Assembly (NCBI GenBank): GCA_002269645.1 | Contig: NIVC01001624.1 | Coordinates: 1-64,000, forward strand | Source: Macrostomum lignano | Lineage: Eukaryota | Direction: 5' to 3' | Length of the DNA: 64,000 nucleotides | Part shown: positions 62,906 to 64,000 of the stretch, in pieces | Position numbering within the stretch: position 1 is the stretch's first letter | Layout of the letters: the number at the start of each line of letters is the position of its first letter | Translations under genes and position numbers: made by a program | Notes under the pieces: model-generated | The model's database searches: none | What the model was told of the DNA's origin: nothing | The model's input: the letters and a program-made list of their open reading frames with translations, nothing else

Positions 62906-64000
62906 TGACAACAACAACAAAAAAGTACACTGGAGAGTCTCTAGTGTCACAGGGCGCGTCTCAAGGCCAGGGTGCGAACATAGGCCACTCCGCCGGCAGA
63001 GTCCGGGGCGCCGGCGTCAGCCAGCAGGCAGTCGACGAAACGCCGAGTGCGCGCCTGTCCTCGCCGGTAGGGTGCCTGCAGCGTGATCAACAGCAACCAG
63101 TCGATCAAGCTGTCACTGGGCGCCCTCAACGGTAGAGGACAGCAGGGCGAGATCGTCGGCGTAACCAAGCACGCTGAGCCGCCTCTCCGGTTGAAGTCGT
63201 CCCACGCGTCGCCGCAGCAGGAAGCCATCGTCGTTGGAGGGAAGTGCAGTCCGCAGCACCCAGTCAAGCACCAGCACGAACAAGAACACGGCGCTAGCGT
63301 ATCTCCTTGAAGAACCCCCGAGGAGGTCTCGAAGAAATCCGATAGGCCGTCCGGCGTTGTCACAGCAGCTTTCGTGTCGCGGTACATCGCCATGATGGCG
63401 GAAACCAGCTGCTCTGGCACCTTGTACGCACGGAGCACCATTGGGAGCGCAGCCCTGACAACCGAGTCGAACGCCTTCTTGAAATCAACAAAGATAACAA
63501 TCAGGATCGACTGGCGCGTCCGCGCCTCCTCGATGACTCGGCGAAGAGCCAGGATCTGAGTCACTGTGCTGCGATGGGGTCGGAAGCCGTTCTGCTCTGG
63601 GCGCAGGCACGGATCCAGCACCGGCTGTAACCGCGATAACAGCAGGCGGTTGAACAGCTTCGCAGCGCAGGACTGAAGGCAGATGCCTCGATGCTCTTCA
63701 AGCCTCGTGGTTCCCGGCTTCTTAGGAACTGCGACGATGTGTGCCGTGGTCCATTCGTTGGGCGCCGCCTCATTGGAAAGCACTCGATTCATCAATCTGG
63801 CGACCTCACTGGCCACACAGTGGATGCGCAGTGCTTCGATGGGCACCTCGTCCGGACCCAGCGCCTTGCCGCCCGGTGACAGCTGGGCGAGCTTCACAAC
63901 GTCGGCTGTGCTGACTGGGGCTACACTGAAACTCTCCTCTGCCGGCAACGGCGTCTCCGGCGGCAGCGTCAGGTTATCCGGCAGCAGGGGTGGCGGCGCG
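62906..64000 (-). mobile_element. RTE-clade non-LTR retrotransposon (RT region, frameshifted, internally deleted, (TTG)n tail); continues beyond the window
   Basis: ALGPDEVPIE, IVAVPKK, HRGICLQSCAAKLFNR, EQNGFRPHRST, FVDFKKAFDSV and GVLQGDTLAP, with a frameshift at about 63290 to LFVLVLDWVL...LGYADDLALL. The 3' end has ttgttgttg at 62906-62922. Confidence 0.92.

Overview
Eukaryotic (animal) genomic DNA with GC-rich exons, GT-AG introns, many minisatellites and decayed transposons. A small heat-shock protein with two alpha-crystallin domains, high GC3 and the minisatellite load suggest a free-living flatworm such as Macrostomum; this is inference, not verified. Intact genes reconstructed with phase-consistent splice sites: dual-domain sHSP with a perfect HSE/TATA promoter, PDE1, a PDZ-ZM-LIM protein, a full KDM4 (JmjN-JmjC-PHD-PHD-Tudor-Tudor), PP1 inhibitor-2, a secreted PAN/Thr-mucin/Gly-rich protein and a small secreted PAN-like protein. 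The left end (1-8.4 kb, minus strand) looks like an innate-immunity pair. An ankyrin-repeat exon splices in phase onto a cGAS/Mab-21-like nucleotidyltransferase (ANK-cGLR, about 1,390 aa once frames are repaired) and is interrupted by an in-exon 38-bp VNTR. It is followed by a HEPN(RxxxxH)-TPR gene. The 37.5-47.5 kb block is an AT-rich, CpG-decayed transposon graveyard. It holds nested TIR elements, a full-length mariner carrying an internal heat-shock promoter, and many TA-GGCC-TA motifs that look like excision footprints. Most long ORFs in the track that overlap tandem repeats are artefacts. All coordinates were read by eye and no database searches were run.
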